DNA from: an uncultured delta proteobacterium
GTDB lineage: Bacteria; Myxococcota_A; Polyangia; Polyangiales; Polyangiaceae
Length of the DNA: 64,000 bases
Assembly: GCA_963782055.1 (NCBI GenBank)
Contig: CAWAIF010000003.1
Coordinates: 2,656,001 to 2,720,000 of the forward strand
Reading direction: 5' to 3'
Shown: piece by piece, positions 1 to 10,420 of the stretch
How positions within the stretch are numbered: the stretch's first letter is position 1
How the letters are laid out: the number at the start of each line of letters is the position of its first letter
Notes under the pieces: model-generated
Databases searched by the model: none
Told to the model about the DNA's origin: nothing
What the model saw: only the letters and a program-made list of their open reading frames with translations
Made by a program: the position numbers and the translations under genes

Positions 1-579
1 CAGGGAGAAGCCGAGCTTCTCGGCCTTCGCCCGCACCGCGGGCTTCTCCAGGATGGGTACGCCGTCCGCGTCCTGCGGAGGCGTCCTCGCCACCACGTGT
101 CCGTTCGCCGTGCGCAGGAAGGTGCACGCGTTGCGACAGCGCAGGAGCGTCGAGCCGTCGTCGGATACCGCCACCGCCACCACGCTCTGCGCCGTGTGCA
201 TGCCCGCCCAGGCGCCGGTCGTGTCGTCGCAGCCGTCGGCCGGGAAGGGCTTCGCGGGTGGCGGCGTGCCGTCGATCCACGCCGGGCACGTCGCGTAACC
301 CGATCGGTCCGCCGGGCCGACGGTCGAGGGGCGCGACCACGCGGGCGATGGACGGAAGCGGGGCGCGATGGCGGCGCGGCACGCATCGATCCAGGCTGGC
401 GTCGGGCTCGCCGTGCCCGCGTCCGCCTCCACGCGCGCCAGGGCCGCCGCGTCGCTCCCGCCAGGCGTCGGCGGCGCGGTCGCGGCCGCCTCCGGTGCGC
501 TCGCGCGCGCCTGCGGGTGCGTGTGGTCGCACGCCGCCAGCACGGTCGGGATCATGGCGAGGAGGATGGGGCGCGTCAT
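1..579 (-). CDS. Putative lipoprotein, 3' end outside the window
   Basis: Not in the ORF track. Manual translation from ATG at 579 gives MTRPILLAMIPTVLAAC (lipobox LAAC) and stays open to base 1. Confidence 0.65.
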   Translation of the reverse strand, partial: MTRPILLAMIPTVLAACDHTHPQARASAPEAAATAPPTPGGSDAAALARVEADAGTASPTPAWIDACRAAIAPRFRPSPAWSRPSTVGPADRSGYATCPAWIDGTPPPAKPFPADGCDDTTGAWAGMHTAQSVVAVAVSDDGSTLLRCRNACTFLRTANGHVVARTPPQDADGVPILEKPAVRAKAEKLGFSL

Positions 580-629
580 CTCGTCCAGAACGCTCCGGCC
601 AGGCTACAGGATTCCGCCGCCAAGGGCTG

Positions 630-1478
630 CGCTGGCAGGTCGTGTAGTACTGGATCTCCGGGGTGAAGCGCCGGCCGCTCGGGTCGCTCGGGCAGACGTG
701 CACGTGGTAGCGGCCGGCCGCGAGCACCGTGCCGTCCTTGTCCTTCACGTCGCCGACGTGGCCGCCCTGCGCGTGGAGCGCGCCCGCCGGCGCGCTCCCG
801 TCCAGCTCGGTGCAGCCGAGCACCGGCGTCCCGTCGCACATGATGCCGAACAGCTCCGGCTGCCCGTCGCCGAGGGTCGACGACGTGTCCAGCCCCGCGG
901 CGACGAGCACCTCCATCGGCCCAGGCGACGCCGAGTGGTAGTGATAGATGCCGTTGTTGGTGGGGTGCGCGTCGTAGTCGTCGAAGGTGTACTTCTCCAG
1001 CTCGATGTCGTCCCATCGGAAACTCCTCCGGCCGCGTGCCCACCATGCCGTCCACCATCGAGCCGTCGATGGTGAGGTTGCGCGAGACCGGCGCGAGCGG
1101 GATGGTGACGCTGATCTTCTGCTCGGTGAGCGTGTTGGGGTTGGCGTGGTACTGCGCCCCGCGGCTCGTGTCGAAGGATGCGTGGTTCGGATCGCTCGCG
1201 GGGTAGTAGCTGGACTTGTGAGGAGGCAGGTCCTTCGTCGCGATGGTCACCGACGTGCCGTCGGTGGTGACCGTCACGCACCGGAAGTAACGCTTGAAGA
1301 GCTCCGGCGCGTCGGGGGAGACGCTGGTCTCGCAGCTGGTCAGCGTGAGCCCGGCCGCGGCCGCGTCGCCGCCCGCGTCGGAGGCGCCGCCGCCGTCGTC
1401 GCCGGGGGTGGACCCGGTGGTCGATCCCACGCACGCGGACGGGGCGAGGATCACCGGTGCAAGGCCCCGGCGCCCCAC
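630..1478 (-). pseudogene. YHYH-family protein, disrupted by a frameshift/deletion at about 1012
   Basis: The 5' frame reads TKDLPPHKSSYY...EEFPMG. A second frame resumes DDIELEKYTFDDYDAHPTNNGIYHYHS...GRYHVHVC...PEIQYYTTC, which contains the YHYH motif. That second frame has no stop before the window edge. Ends are approximate. Confidence 0.7.
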
Positions 1479-1625
1479 GTCGTGTGGAGCAAGTCGGCTG
1501 GAGGTCTGTACGACTGCCGGGTCCTCGGGGCGGACGGCGTGGAGTGGAAGGGGCGGTCTCCTTTCCCGATCGCCGCGCACTGAGTTGCGGCGATCACTCG
1601 CCCGGAGCGCGATGGCCACCGTGCG

Positions 1626-3617
1626 TCAACGCGCGGGCCCGAGCGGCGCCTCCCAGCTCGGGATGGGGACGCCGTGCGTGAGCTTCTCCCGCCACTCCCG
1701 GTCGGTGTAGCGCTGGTAGCCCGCCGTCGTGATCTCGGCGTAGGTGGAGACGAAGCCGTAGTAGGTGTGCGCGTGCGCGCCGCCGTCGTGGGCGATGGTG
1801 ACCGCCATCATCCGGGGCCTGGCCGTCGCGACGTGCAGCACCTTCCCCACCGGGTTGCCCTCCTCGTCGGTGGGCTGCGTGTGCACGTCGGCGATGACCG
1901 GCTCGAACGCGAGGGCGCTGCGCTTGTCGTAGTAGAGGTCGGCGTACCAGCCGCCGGGATCCAGGATGACGGTGCAGACGGCGTTGCGTCCGGTCACCGA
2001 GACCATGTGGTTGAAGAACTCGCCGTCCTCCCTGGTGAGCGGCTCGTTGTTGCGCTCGCGCTCGGCGATGCGGGCGAGGTGAGCGCCCACGTCGGCCACG
2101 TGGCCGAAGTACGCCGCGAGCGACTTCTTCGTCGCGGGGCGGATGGGCAGCGAGCCGGCGAGGGCGGCGCCCCGCTTGCCGAGCGCGGCGTACGCGGTCC
2201 AGAAGGCGGGGTAGGGGTCGACGTAGCCGTCGGGGTAGTCGCATCCGGCCTCGCCGGTGACCGACTGCTTCGCGTAGAGCAGGTTGTCGTGGCGGAGCTC
2301 CGCCCACGAGGCGAGCTGTGTGTTGAGCATCCGCCGCGCCCACACGTCCGAGCGGAACGGCGCAGGGAGGGAGGCGTCGCGCACGGGGTCGGGGCTGAGC
2401 TCGCGGAGGGCGAAGAGCCAGCCGTGGTAGAGGCTCCCCGTGGCGAGCGTCGCGCGCTCGGCGTCCACGCGCGCGTCTCCCGCGGCGAGCGCGGCCGTGT
2501 ACTCGGCGCCGTACCTGTGCTTCTCCGGGGCGAGCAGCGCGTCGGCGGCGGGGTTGCGGAAGACCACCTGCCCCACGTCCAGCGGGCTGGGCATCATGCG
2601 CTTGGTCTTGAGCACGCCGTAGCTCAGATCGCCGAGCGTCTCCGCGTCCGCGACGTAGCGCTGCCCCAGCATGACGTAGGCGACGTCGGTCCGCTCCGGC
2701 GGCGCGAGCTGGGTGTGCACGCGCTGGGTCGCCGCGGAGAGGAACGCGCCGACAACCTGCGTGTCGGTGGCGGTCTTCGCGTCGATCCCGGCGGTGGCCT
2801 TCTCGTAGCCCGCCTCCCCCATGGAGTCCGCCGGGCCGACGAGGACGCCGAGGGTCGTGTCCAGCACGCGCCACGCGTCGTGTGCGGCGGACGACCGCGC
2901 GAAGAGGTCGCGCAGCAGCTCGGTCGCGGCGAGGGCGCGCCGGGAGACCTTCCACGTCCCGTCCTCGCCGCGCGTCGCGATGCGGATCTCCGCGCGCGAG
3001 ACGAAGGACATGGCGCGGAAGTACTGCTGCAGCGCCCGCGAGGTGTAGTGCCCCCGCGGCTTGAGCATGGAGTAGTCGAAGTGCACCTGCTCGCCGGCGA
3101 GCGGGAGCGCCCCCTCGCCCTTGGCGGCGGTCGCGAGGTCCACGACCGCGCCGACGTCCTTGGCCGAGGCGCCGGCGAGGGGCGGAGCCGCCTTGCCGTC
3201 CAGCAGGGAGAGCGCCACCGCGAGGTAGGCGTCGACGTCGGCGCGCGCGGTCGGGTCGGCGGACGCGGCCGGCAGGCCATCCCGCAGGCCGGTGAGCATC
3301 TGCCGGAACTTCCCGATCAGCGCCTCGGTCTCCAGGTTCATCAGGATGGTGTCGTACGAGTGGTGCCACGCGTAGAGCATCGCGTCGGCGGTGACGTAGA
3401 CGCGCTTGTGACTCCGGAAGACGCTGTCGTAGCCGAGGTGGAAGCTCCCGGCTTGCGTGTCGGACAGCACCACCGACTGCCGCGCCAGCACCCCCTGCTC
3501 CGCGCCGGTGACGGAGACCGAGGGCGCCGCCCGTGCGGACACCGCGTCGAGGCGGGAGGCACCGCACGCGCCGAGGAGAAGCGTGGCGGCACCGAGGAGG
3601 GCGAGGCGGCGGCTCAT
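1626..3617 (-). CDS. DUF3160-family lipoprotein
   Basis: Signal/lipobox MSRRLALLGAATLLLGAC. Motifs VTADAMLYAWH, FDYSMLKPRGHYT, LASWAELRHDNLLYAKQS and VIADVHT match this family. Confidence 0.8.
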   Translation of the reverse strand: MSRRLALLGAATLLLGACGASRLDAVSARAAPSVSVTGAEQGVLARQSVVLSDTQAGSFHLGYDSVFRSHKRVYVTADAMLYAWHHSYDTILMNLETEALIGKFRQMLTGLRDGLPAASADPTARADVDAYLAVALSLLDGKAAPPLAGASAKDVGAVVDLATAAKGEGALPLAGEQVHFDYSMLKPRGHYTSRALQQYFRAMSFVSRAEIRIATRGEDGTWKVSRRALAATELLRDLFARSSAAHDAWRVLDTTLGVLVGPADSMGEAGYEKATAGIDAKTATDTQVVGAFLSAATQRVHTQLAPPERTDVAYVMLGQRYVADAETLGDLSYGVLKTKRMMPSPLDVGQVVFRNPAADALLAPEKHRYGAEYTAALAAGDARVDAERATLATGSLYHGWLFALRELSPDPVRDASLPAPFRSDVWARRMLNTQLASWAELRHDNLLYAKQSVTGEAGCDYPDGYVDPYPAFWTAYAALGKRGAALAGSLPIRPATKKSLAAYFGHVADVGAHLARIAERERNNEPLTREDGEFFNHMVSVTGRNAVCTVILDPGGWYADLYYDKRSALAFEPVIADVHTQPTDEEGNPVGKVLHVATARPRMMAVTIAHDGGAHAHTYYGFVSTYAEITTAGYQRYTDREWREKLTHGVPIPSWEAPLGPAR

Positions 3618-4313
3618 GGCGCCGCCGAAGCGAAAGTCGTGCCGGCCGGAAGGACAGGGAAAAGCCGCCGCGGGGTGCCACGCCGTGAGCGGCGGTTCAC
3701 ACGCGCGCGCGTCCGGGTTCACGGCGGGCGCGGTTCACTCGCACTCCACCGAACCGCCGAAGGCGAGCCCCGCCGGATTCCGGCGTAGGTGCAGTTGCCG
3801 GCACGCTGGCCCGTGAATCGTGCTGGACCAACATCGGCCGATGATCCCCATGGCTCCGACGACATGGCCGTTCACCTTCACCTCGGCGGCGTCATCGGGG
3901 AGACCCTTCCGACGCGTATACTTGCCAGTTGGCTCCTGACGCCAGAGATGCCCCGCAGTCGTCTGTCCGTGGATGCCGCTCGGTGCCGCCGTCTCGTGAA
4001 CGCGAGGGAGGGAGACGAGAGCGCGGGCATTTCTCCTCCGCGTGGCAGAACCCTGCGTACGGTGGTCCGCAGGATTTTTGCCATGCGTCGGGTCCCGCGT
4101 CCAACGCGAGTCATCAGCCGACCTGCCACGCCAGACGCCGGTCGCCCGTGCGGGCTGGGTGCACCCTGGCGCACCCGGCTCGTCCGGTCGCGCCCTGCCG
4201 CTGAGCTGCCGACCCGAGGGCGGGCCCGGCCTGTTTCCGGGCCACTTCGCGCCAAACTGCCCGCTGGCTCGGCTGGCCCACTCGGCGTAAGCTGCGCCCC
4301 CGCGAGGTGTGGC

Positions 4314-5741
4314 TTGGCGCACGCAAAGAAGACTCTCATATTCATTCCGACGTACAACGAGCGGCACAACGTCGAGCCGATGTGCGAGCAGCTCTTCGCG
4401 CTCGGGCTCGACGCCGATGTCGTCTTCATGGACGATTCGTCGCCGGACGGGACGGGCGAGATCCTCGAAGGCCTCGCGGGTCGCCACGACCGACTGTCAG
4501 TCATCCACCGTCCGGCCAAGAGTGGCATCGGCAGCGCGCACGTCGCGGGCATCGCGTACGCGTATGACCACGGTTACCAGCGGCTGGTCACGCTGGACGC
4601 AGACTTCACCCACTCGCCCGAAGCCATCCCCACCTTCCTGGCGCGCGCGGAGGAGTCGGACGCCGTCGTCGGGTCGCGGTATCTCCTCCCCAACAGCCTG
4701 CCGGACTGGACGCGCTTCCGCAAGTCGCTCACCACGCTGGGCCACGCGATGACGAAGAACGTTCTCGGTATCCCGCACGACGCGACGGGCGCGTTCCGCG
4801 TGTACAACCTGGAGACGATTCCACGTTCACTCTTCGATCTGGTGCGGTCGCAGGGCTACGCGTTCTTCTTCGAGAGCCTGTTCGTCCTCCACAACAACGG
4901 CTTCTCCATCGCGGAGGTGCCGCTCGCCTTGCCCGCGCGCACGTACGGCAGCTCCAAGATGAGTGGCGTCGAAGTGGCGCGGAGCATGAAGACGCTGGCC
5001 TCGCTCTGGCTGACGAAGCTGACGGCGCCGTCGCGGTTCCGGCTCGGCCGCGCTCCCGACATCGACTCCGAGCTCGTCGACGTCCAGAACTGGAACGAGT
5101 ACTGGGACAAGAAGGAACGCGCGACGACCGCGACCTACGACGTCATTGCGACCGTCTACCGCAACACCATCATCAAGCGACGCCTGGAGGAGACGATTGA
5201 GCGGGAGTTCACCCAGGGCTCCCGGCTGCTTCACGCGGGGTGTGGCAGCGGACAGGTCGACGTCGCGCTGCACGACCATGCGAACATCATCGCGGTCGAC
5301 ATCTCGGAGTCGGCTCTCCGCACGTACCTGCGCGAGAACCCGCAAGCGCACGTGCGCCACGCGAGCATCTTCGAGCTGCCGTTCGAGGAGAGCAGCTTCG
5401 ACGGGGCCTACAACCTCGGCGTCGTCGAGCACTTCACGCACGAGGAGCTCGCTCGCGCGTTCGGCGAGATCCGGCGGGTGCTCAAGCCCGGCGGCAAGGT
5501 GGTCGTCTTCTGGCCTCACGCGCAGGCGACGAGCGTCAAGGTGCTCGGCCTCGCGCACTGGATCCTCAACGACGTGCTCGACAAGGACGTCCGGCTGCAC
5601 CCGCCCGAGCCGTCGCTCGTGCACTCCCAGCGGGAGGCGTCGAAGCTGCTCGCCGCGGGTGGCCTGGAGCTCGTGTCGTACGACTTCGGGCCGAAGGACT
5701 TCTTCGTGCAGGCGGTCGTCGTGGCGCGGCGTCCGGACTGA
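4314..5741 (+). CDS. GT2 polyprenyl-phosphate glycosyltransferase (DPM1-like) fused to a class I SAM methyltransferase
   Basis: IPTYNE, MDDSSPDGT, TLDADFTH and DATGAFRVY, followed by LHAGCGSG, ASIFELPF and RVLKPGG. The TTG start is preceded by GAGGTG. Confidence 0.85.
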   Translation: MAHAKKTLIFIPTYNERHNVEPMCEQLFALGLDADVVFMDDSSPDGTGEILEGLAGRHDRLSVIHRPAKSGIGSAHVAGIAYAYDHGYQRLVTLDADFTHSPEAIPTFLARAEESDAVVGSRYLLPNSLPDWTRFRKSLTTLGHAMTKNVLGIPHDATGAFRVYNLETIPRSLFDLVRSQGYAFFFESLFVLHNNGFSIAEVPLALPARTYGSSKMSGVEVARSMKTLASLWLTKLTAPSRFRLGRAPDIDSELVDVQNWNEYWDKKERATTATYDVIATVYRNTIIKRRLEETIEREFTQGSRLLHAGCGSGQVDVALHDHANIIAVDISESALRTYLRENPQAHVRHASIFELPFEESSFDGAYNLGVVEHFTHEELARAFGEIRRVLKPGGKVVVFWPHAQATSVKVLGLAHWILNDVLDKDVRLHPPEPSLVHSQREASKLLAAGGLELVSYDFGPKDFFVQAVVVARRPD

Positions 5742-7319
5742 TCAATCCGGACGCAGATAGATGCGCGGCTTCACCTCGCGGTAGTGGAACTCCTTGAGAA
5801 AGGGATCCCAGAGCGCGGCTCGGAACCGCCGCTTGCGCCCGTCGCCGGATGGGCTCGAGTCCAGAATGATCAACTTCGGCCGGCTGCGGAGCAGCTCGGC
5901 TCGAACGCCGCTGAGCTTCTGCTCGTCCGTCGCGCCGCTGTAGAAGCCGAGTACTTCGTCGTCCGTCGTCGACTCGCGCATGCCATTGATCCGGTCGACT
6001 TGCATGTACAAGCTCGGCCCTCCCGTGGTGACGATGTAGTCGCGTGGCGTGGTGTACCGCCTCACCGCCTCGAACACGCCGGGGATGGGCTCGTGCGCGT
6101 CGAAGTACTGCGTCTTCCGGGTGCCGTACGCGTCCCGCTCCTTGTCGAAGCGAACCCAGTCGTGCAGGAGTACGCCGCCGAGCATCGCCATGCAGACGAA
6201 CACGCGCGCCGCGCGGCTCATCGCGCGAAAGTGCGGCGTGAAGCAGTCGAGGCCCACGACGAGCGCGAAGAACAGGCCGCTCATCGTCATCGTGTAGTAG
6301 TGGCGCCACTGGCAATTGCTCGCGGTCACCGCCCACAGCGCCGCAGCCAGACCGATGAGCACCGTGACGAACAGCAGGCGGGAGCGCTTGAAGATGAAGA
6401 CGACGGAGGCCGCAGCGAACGGCGCCAGAAAGCCCAGGTTCGTCGAGTTCGCGAAGGACTCGCGCGCCTTTCGCCACTGCATGTGGAGGTCGTTCAGGGG
6501 CACCGTGGGGTGAAAGCGTCCGAGCACGACGCAATACGACTCCTTCGTGTCGCGGTAAAAGTGGAAGTATCGGTGCAATACGTCGAGGTACGCGCCCATG
6601 GCGCCGCTCGGGACCATGTAGATGCAGAGCAGGGCGACCACGACGAGTCCGCCGCCGATCGTCCGCGACGCGTAGCGGCGCGCGCGCGCGCCGAGCGTCC
6701 CAGGCTCGTCGCCCAGCAAGAAGAGGCTGATCCACGACATCCCCACGCAGGGCAAGAAGGGCTCCTTGGAGAGGATCGAGCAGGCGAAGAACGCACCGCC
6801 GAGGTACTGGAGCTGCCTGTAGAAGCGGGTGCGAGCAAGGAGACACGCGATGGCGAAGAGGTAGTACGTGAGCCCGATCGACTCCGTGTCCGACAGCGCC
6901 ACGTCGTGAAAACTCGGGTTCACCCAGATCTGGATGAAGGCGAGCGTGAGGGCGAGCGCGAGCCACCGGTCGATTCGACGCGACAGCATCGCCAGCTGCA
7001 GCGCGAGGAGCGAACCGAGCGGAAAGTACGCGAAGAACTTCCGGTATTCGAAGTGCTGAAAGCCGTAGAGCTTCAAGGCCAGCGCGTGCGTGATGAAGAT
7101 CATCGGCGGCTTGAACTCGAGGAAGTCGCGGTAGGGCGCGAAGCCCTTGGTGATCATCCAGCCGCACCAGACGAAGTAGCTCTCGTCGTATTCCAGCCCG
7201 TTGTGCAGGAACTGATCGTTGAAGATCGCGAAGAAGTACGCGGTGGCGCGCAGGGTGAGCAGGGTCAGAAAGATGGCGAGCAAGCGGCGCTGCCACGCAG
7301 CCAGGCGCGGGCGAGTCAC
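5742..7319 (-). CDS. Multi-TM GT-C-type (ArnT/PMT-like) glycosyltransferase
   Basis: N-terminal TM, then YDESYF...G..PYRDFLEFKPP, many hydrophobic helices and SKEP. The start overlaps the upstream stop (GTGA). Confidence 0.7.
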   Translation of the reverse strand: MTRPRLAAWQRRLLAIFLTLLTLRATAYFFAIFNDQFLHNGLEYDESYFVWCGWMITKGFAPYRDFLEFKPPMIFITHALALKLYGFQHFEYRKFFAYFPLGSLLALQLAMLSRRIDRWLALALTLAFIQIWVNPSFHDVALSDTESIGLTYYLFAIACLLARTRFYRQLQYLGGAFFACSILSKEPFLPCVGMSWISLFLLGDEPGTLGARARRYASRTIGGGLVVVALLCIYMVPSGAMGAYLDVLHRYFHFYRDTKESYCVVLGRFHPTVPLNDLHMQWRKARESFANSTNLGFLAPFAAASVVFIFKRSRLLFVTVLIGLAAALWAVTASNCQWRHYYTMTMSGLFFALVVGLDCFTPHFRAMSRAARVFVCMAMLGGVLLHDWVRFDKERDAYGTRKTQYFDAHEPIPGVFEAVRRYTTPRDYIVTTGGPSLYMQVDRINGMRESTTDDEVLGFYSGATDEQKLSGVRAELLRSRPKLIILDSSPSGDGRKRRFRAALWDPFLKEFHYREVKPRIYLRPD

Positions 7320-8302
7320 GGAAACACCTCGATCTCGCTGAGCGCGAGATAGTGGGTCGCGCGGACGCGGACGTACCGCGTGGTGCGCCGGTCGCACGGG
7401 ACACGGCAGGGAGGATCGATCCACCAGCTCCCGAAGTGCTTCTCGCAGCGACCGACCTCCCAGAACGTCTTGCCGTCCCACGAGAAGTCGACGGCGTAGG
7501 GCAGGCCGTCGTCGAACCCGCCGTCGTCACGGTTGTAAAGTCGCACTTCGCGAATGTCGTACTGGCGTCCAAGGTCGATGAGCGCCCAGGGCGTCGAGTC
7601 CCACCTCGTGTAGACGACGTCGGGCTTCGGCGAACCCGGCGGCGTGTCCGCGGACCGGACGCCGTCGACCAGCATCGACGGCGGCGCGCTCTGATCGGCG
7701 ATGCTGCTCATCCTGACGGGCTTGCCGCGCGCGAGGTTCTTTCGCGCAAACATGCGACTGCCGGCGGCGAACAGGCCGCAGGCGATGAGCGCTCCGACGA
7801 GCGCGATCCTGAGCCACCGCGAACGTACCACGCGCGCAGGAGTGCGACCGTCGAGGTGCGCGCGAAGCGCACGGGCGACATCCTCGAGGGCGCGCGCCGA
7901 CTCGACCAGCTCCGCGCCCGGCACCGTCTGCAGAGCGAGCGGTTCCCCGATCGCCAGCAATCGAAGGGCGGCGCTGCAGGTCGCAGCGGGGACGGCAATC
8001 TCCTCGCAGACGCGACGCAGCTCCTCCGCGGGAGGCTCTGCGCCGCGCCCCGGAGCGGCCGCCTCGAGCAGCAGCAAGGTGGTGTCACGCAACACGGTGG
8101 ACATGACCAGCGCGACCTCGGGCTCGGAGACGTCCCCGAGGAGATCGAGTCGCTCGTCCGCGAGCTGCAGGCGTTCCTCGACGCGACGCGCGTACTCGGG
8201 ATCGAGCTCGCGCGCTCGCGCTCGCCTCTCTGCATCCCTCTGGAAGAGCCACTCGGTCGCGACGACCTTCACGCGCTGCCACAGGTTCACGTCACGTCTC
8301 AC
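7316..8302 (-). CDS. Membrane-anchored discoidin (F5/8 type C) domain protein
   Basis: Helical N-terminus, one TM, then NLARGKPV..SS, PWALIDLG, VRLYNR, RYVRV and LALSEIEVF. Confidence 0.75.
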   Translation of the reverse strand: MRRDVNLWQRVKVVATEWLFQRDAERRARARELDPEYARRVEERLQLADERLDLLGDVSEPEVALVMSTVLRDTTLLLLEAAAPGRGAEPPAEELRRVCEEIAVPAATCSAALRLLAIGEPLALQTVPGAELVESARALEDVARALRAHLDGRTPARVVRSRWLRIALVGALIACGLFAAGSRMFARKNLARGKPVRMSSIADQSAPPSMLVDGVRSADTPPGSPKPDVVYTRWDSTPWALIDLGRQYDIREVRLYNRDDGGFDDGLPYAVDFSWDGKTFWEVGRCEKHFGSWWIDPPCRVPCDRRTTRYVRVRATHYLALSEIEVFP

Positions 8303-9182
8303 CGAGCATGAGCGTTGCTACCATCTTTTCGAACGTCAATGTCGGCGCCCAACCCGTCCGCGCGCGTAGCTTCGTGGCGTCACCCACGAGCGGCAGGGAC
8401 TTCGTCTTGACGAGGCTCGGATCCTCGACGACCCGCGCGCGCCAGTCGAGACCCACGCACGCGAAGGCATTGGCGACGAAGTCCTGCACGGTGTGGGGGG
8501 TTCCGGTGGCGACAATGTAATCGTCGGGAACTGGCTCTGCAAGAATGCGAACCATCGCGGCGACGTAGTCCGGCGCCCAGCCCCAGTCGACGACGGCCGA
8601 CAGGTCGCCGACCGTGAGCGTGAACTCGGGATCGTGCGCCGCCCGCTTCGCGCCGCGAACGATGCGCTGCGAGACGAACTGGGGGCCGCGGAGCCGCGAC
8701 TCGTGGTTGTAGAGGATACCCACGGAAACGTGCAGGCCGCGGTCGCGGTAGAGCGCGGCCACGTGCGCGCCGGCGAGCTTGGTGATCCCGTACGGGCTGC
8801 GAGGCTCGAACGGGGTCGTCTCGGACTGCGGCGTCTCCGACGGGCGGCCGAACATGTGGGACGAGCCGGCGTAGAACGCGCGGCAAGCGGGTGCGTGCTG
8901 GCGAAGCGCGTCGAGCACGTTCACCCACGAGGTCACGTGCGTGTCCGTGCACGCGCGCAGCTCGATCGCGTCGTCGGGTGCGCCCTCCGCCGAGTGGTGG
9001 TGGGCCGCGAGGTAGTAGAGCTCGTCCGGTGCGACGCGGTCGACCCACGAAGCCGCCGCGGCGGGGTCCCCGAGATCGACGTCGCCGACGTCCACGCCGA
9101 CGACCTCGGTATCCGCCGGGAGGTGCTCGACCAAGAGGCGCCCATCCTGGCCGGCGCAGCCGATCACGGCCGCGCGCTTCAT
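8292..9182 (-). CDS. Gmd-like NAD-dependent epimerase/dehydratase, possibly a GDP-4-keto-6-deoxyhexose reductase
   Basis: GCAGQDG, PRSPYGITK (YxxxK), LYNHES and DWGWAPDYV. Shorter and more divergent than the neighbouring gmd. Confidence 0.75.
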   Translation of the reverse strand: MKRAAVIGCAGQDGRLLVEHLPADTEVVGVDVGDVDLGDPAAAASWVDRVAPDELYYLAAHHHSAEGAPDDAIELRACTDTHVTSWVNVLDALRQHAPACRAFYAGSSHMFGRPSETPQSETTPFEPRSPYGITKLAGAHVAALYRDRGLHVSVGILYNHESRLRGPQFVSQRIVRGAKRAAHDPEFTLTVGDLSAVVDWGWAPDYVAAMVRILAEPVPDDYIVATGTPHTVQDFVANAFACVGLDWRARVVEDPSLVKTKSLPLVGDATKLRARTGWAPTLTFEKMVATLMLGET

Positions 9183-10420
9183 GCCGGGACGATCTCGAGA
9201 CGGGGCAAGGGGAAGATCATCTTACCGCCTCGCTCGAGGAAGCTCGCGTGGGCGCGGAGCAGGGTGCTGCGGAAGTGCCAGGGGAGCACCAGGAGATAGT
9301 CGGGCTCGCGCGCGAGCGCGTCAGCCTCGGAGACGATCGGGATGTTGGTGCCGGGTGTCACGCGGCCGAACTTCTCCGGGTTCACCTCGGCGATGCACGC
9401 GAGGTCGCGCACGCCGACGCCGCAGTACTGCAGCAAGACGTTGCCCTTCGTCGAGGCACCGAGGCCGAGCACTCGCTTGCCCTCGTCACGGAGGCGGCCC
9501 AGGAGCGCGCGGACGTCGTCCCGATGGCGTATGACGGCGGCGGCGAAGCTCTCGTACGGGGCGAGGGTGCCCAGCGCTCGCCTCGTCTCCTCGGCGGCGA
9601 GCTCGGCGACCCGAGGGGACGCCGGTGCGCCGCGGCCCTTTCGCGCCGTGATGGCGAACGAGCCGCCGTTGACGTCGTTGAGCTCGACATCGACGATGCG
9701 AAAACCGACACGCTCGGCCATCCACTGGATCTGCGCGAGCGCGTAGTACTCGAGGTGCTCGTGACAGATCGTGTCGTACGACAGCGCGTCCATCATGGAC
9801 GGGAGGTAACTCTGCTCGAAGTGCCAGATGCCGTCGTCGGCGAGCGCGTCGAACACCTGGCGCATGAAGTCCAGTGGCCGCTCGAGGTCGTAGAACATCG
9901 CGATCGACGTGATGATCTTCGCGCGCGCCCCGCCGCTCGCCTCGAGGAAGCGCGCCGACGAGAAGAAGTCGGCCACGACCGTCACGTGCTGCGGGTAATA
10001 CTCGAGGAACTTCGCCGCGGTAGGGTCGATCCCGATGAGCTTCGCGGTGGTCGGATAAGACGAGAGCGTCGTGCCGTCGTTGCTTCCGATGTCGAGCACC
10101 ACCTCGCCCGGCGCGAGGGACGCCAGCGCGACGAGCTTCGCGACCTTGGCGCGCAGGTGGTCGACCATCGAGCGATTGAGGCCCGAGCGGTATCCGTAGT
10201 TCGCCCCGTACATGAGCGACGGCTCGCAGGTGTCTCGGAGCTGAACCAGGCCACAGGCGTTTTGGCCTGCGCACTTCACCAGATCGAGCGGCGCGATCTC
10301 GACGTCGGGGGCCTGTGGGGTGGGGAAGACGCCGGTGAGCGCCTGCTGCCCCAGGTCGAGCACGGTGACGAGGTCAGCCCCGCCGCAGATGCGGCATTCG
10401 GTGATCGTGCGATGGCTCAT
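9179..10420 (-). CDS. NDP-hexose C-methyltransferase (Zn-binding N-terminus, class I SAM)
   Basis: CRICG...LVKC...[43 protein letters not shown] and LPWHF. ATGA overlap with gmd. Confidence 0.85.
   Translation of the reverse strand: MSHRTITECRICGGADLVTVLDLGQQALTGVFPTPQAPDVEIAPLDLVKCAGQNACGLVQLRDTCEPSLMYGANYGYRSGLNRSMVDHLRAKVAKLVALASLAPGEVVLDIGSNDGTTLSSYPTTAKLIGIDPTAAKFLEYYPQHVTVVADFFSSARFLEASGGARAKIITSIAMFYDLERPLDFMRQVFDALADDGIWHFEQSYLPSMMDALSYDTICHEHLEYYALAQIQWMAERVGFRIVDVELNDVNGGSFAITARKGRGAPASPRVAELAAEETRRALGTLAPYESFAAAVIRHRDDVRALLGRLRDEGKRVLGLGASTKGNVLLQYCGVGVRDLACIAEVNPEKFGRVTPGTNIPIVSEADALAREPDYLLVLPWHFRSTLLRAHASFLERGGKMIFPLPRLEIVPA

Noticed and set aside
3735..4313. Possible ORFs or RNA in the roughly 700-bp gap before the GT2 gene, including the ORF-track extension to 3789
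   Set aside because: No recognisable motif, tRNA fold or RBS. GT2 homology begins at about 4314.
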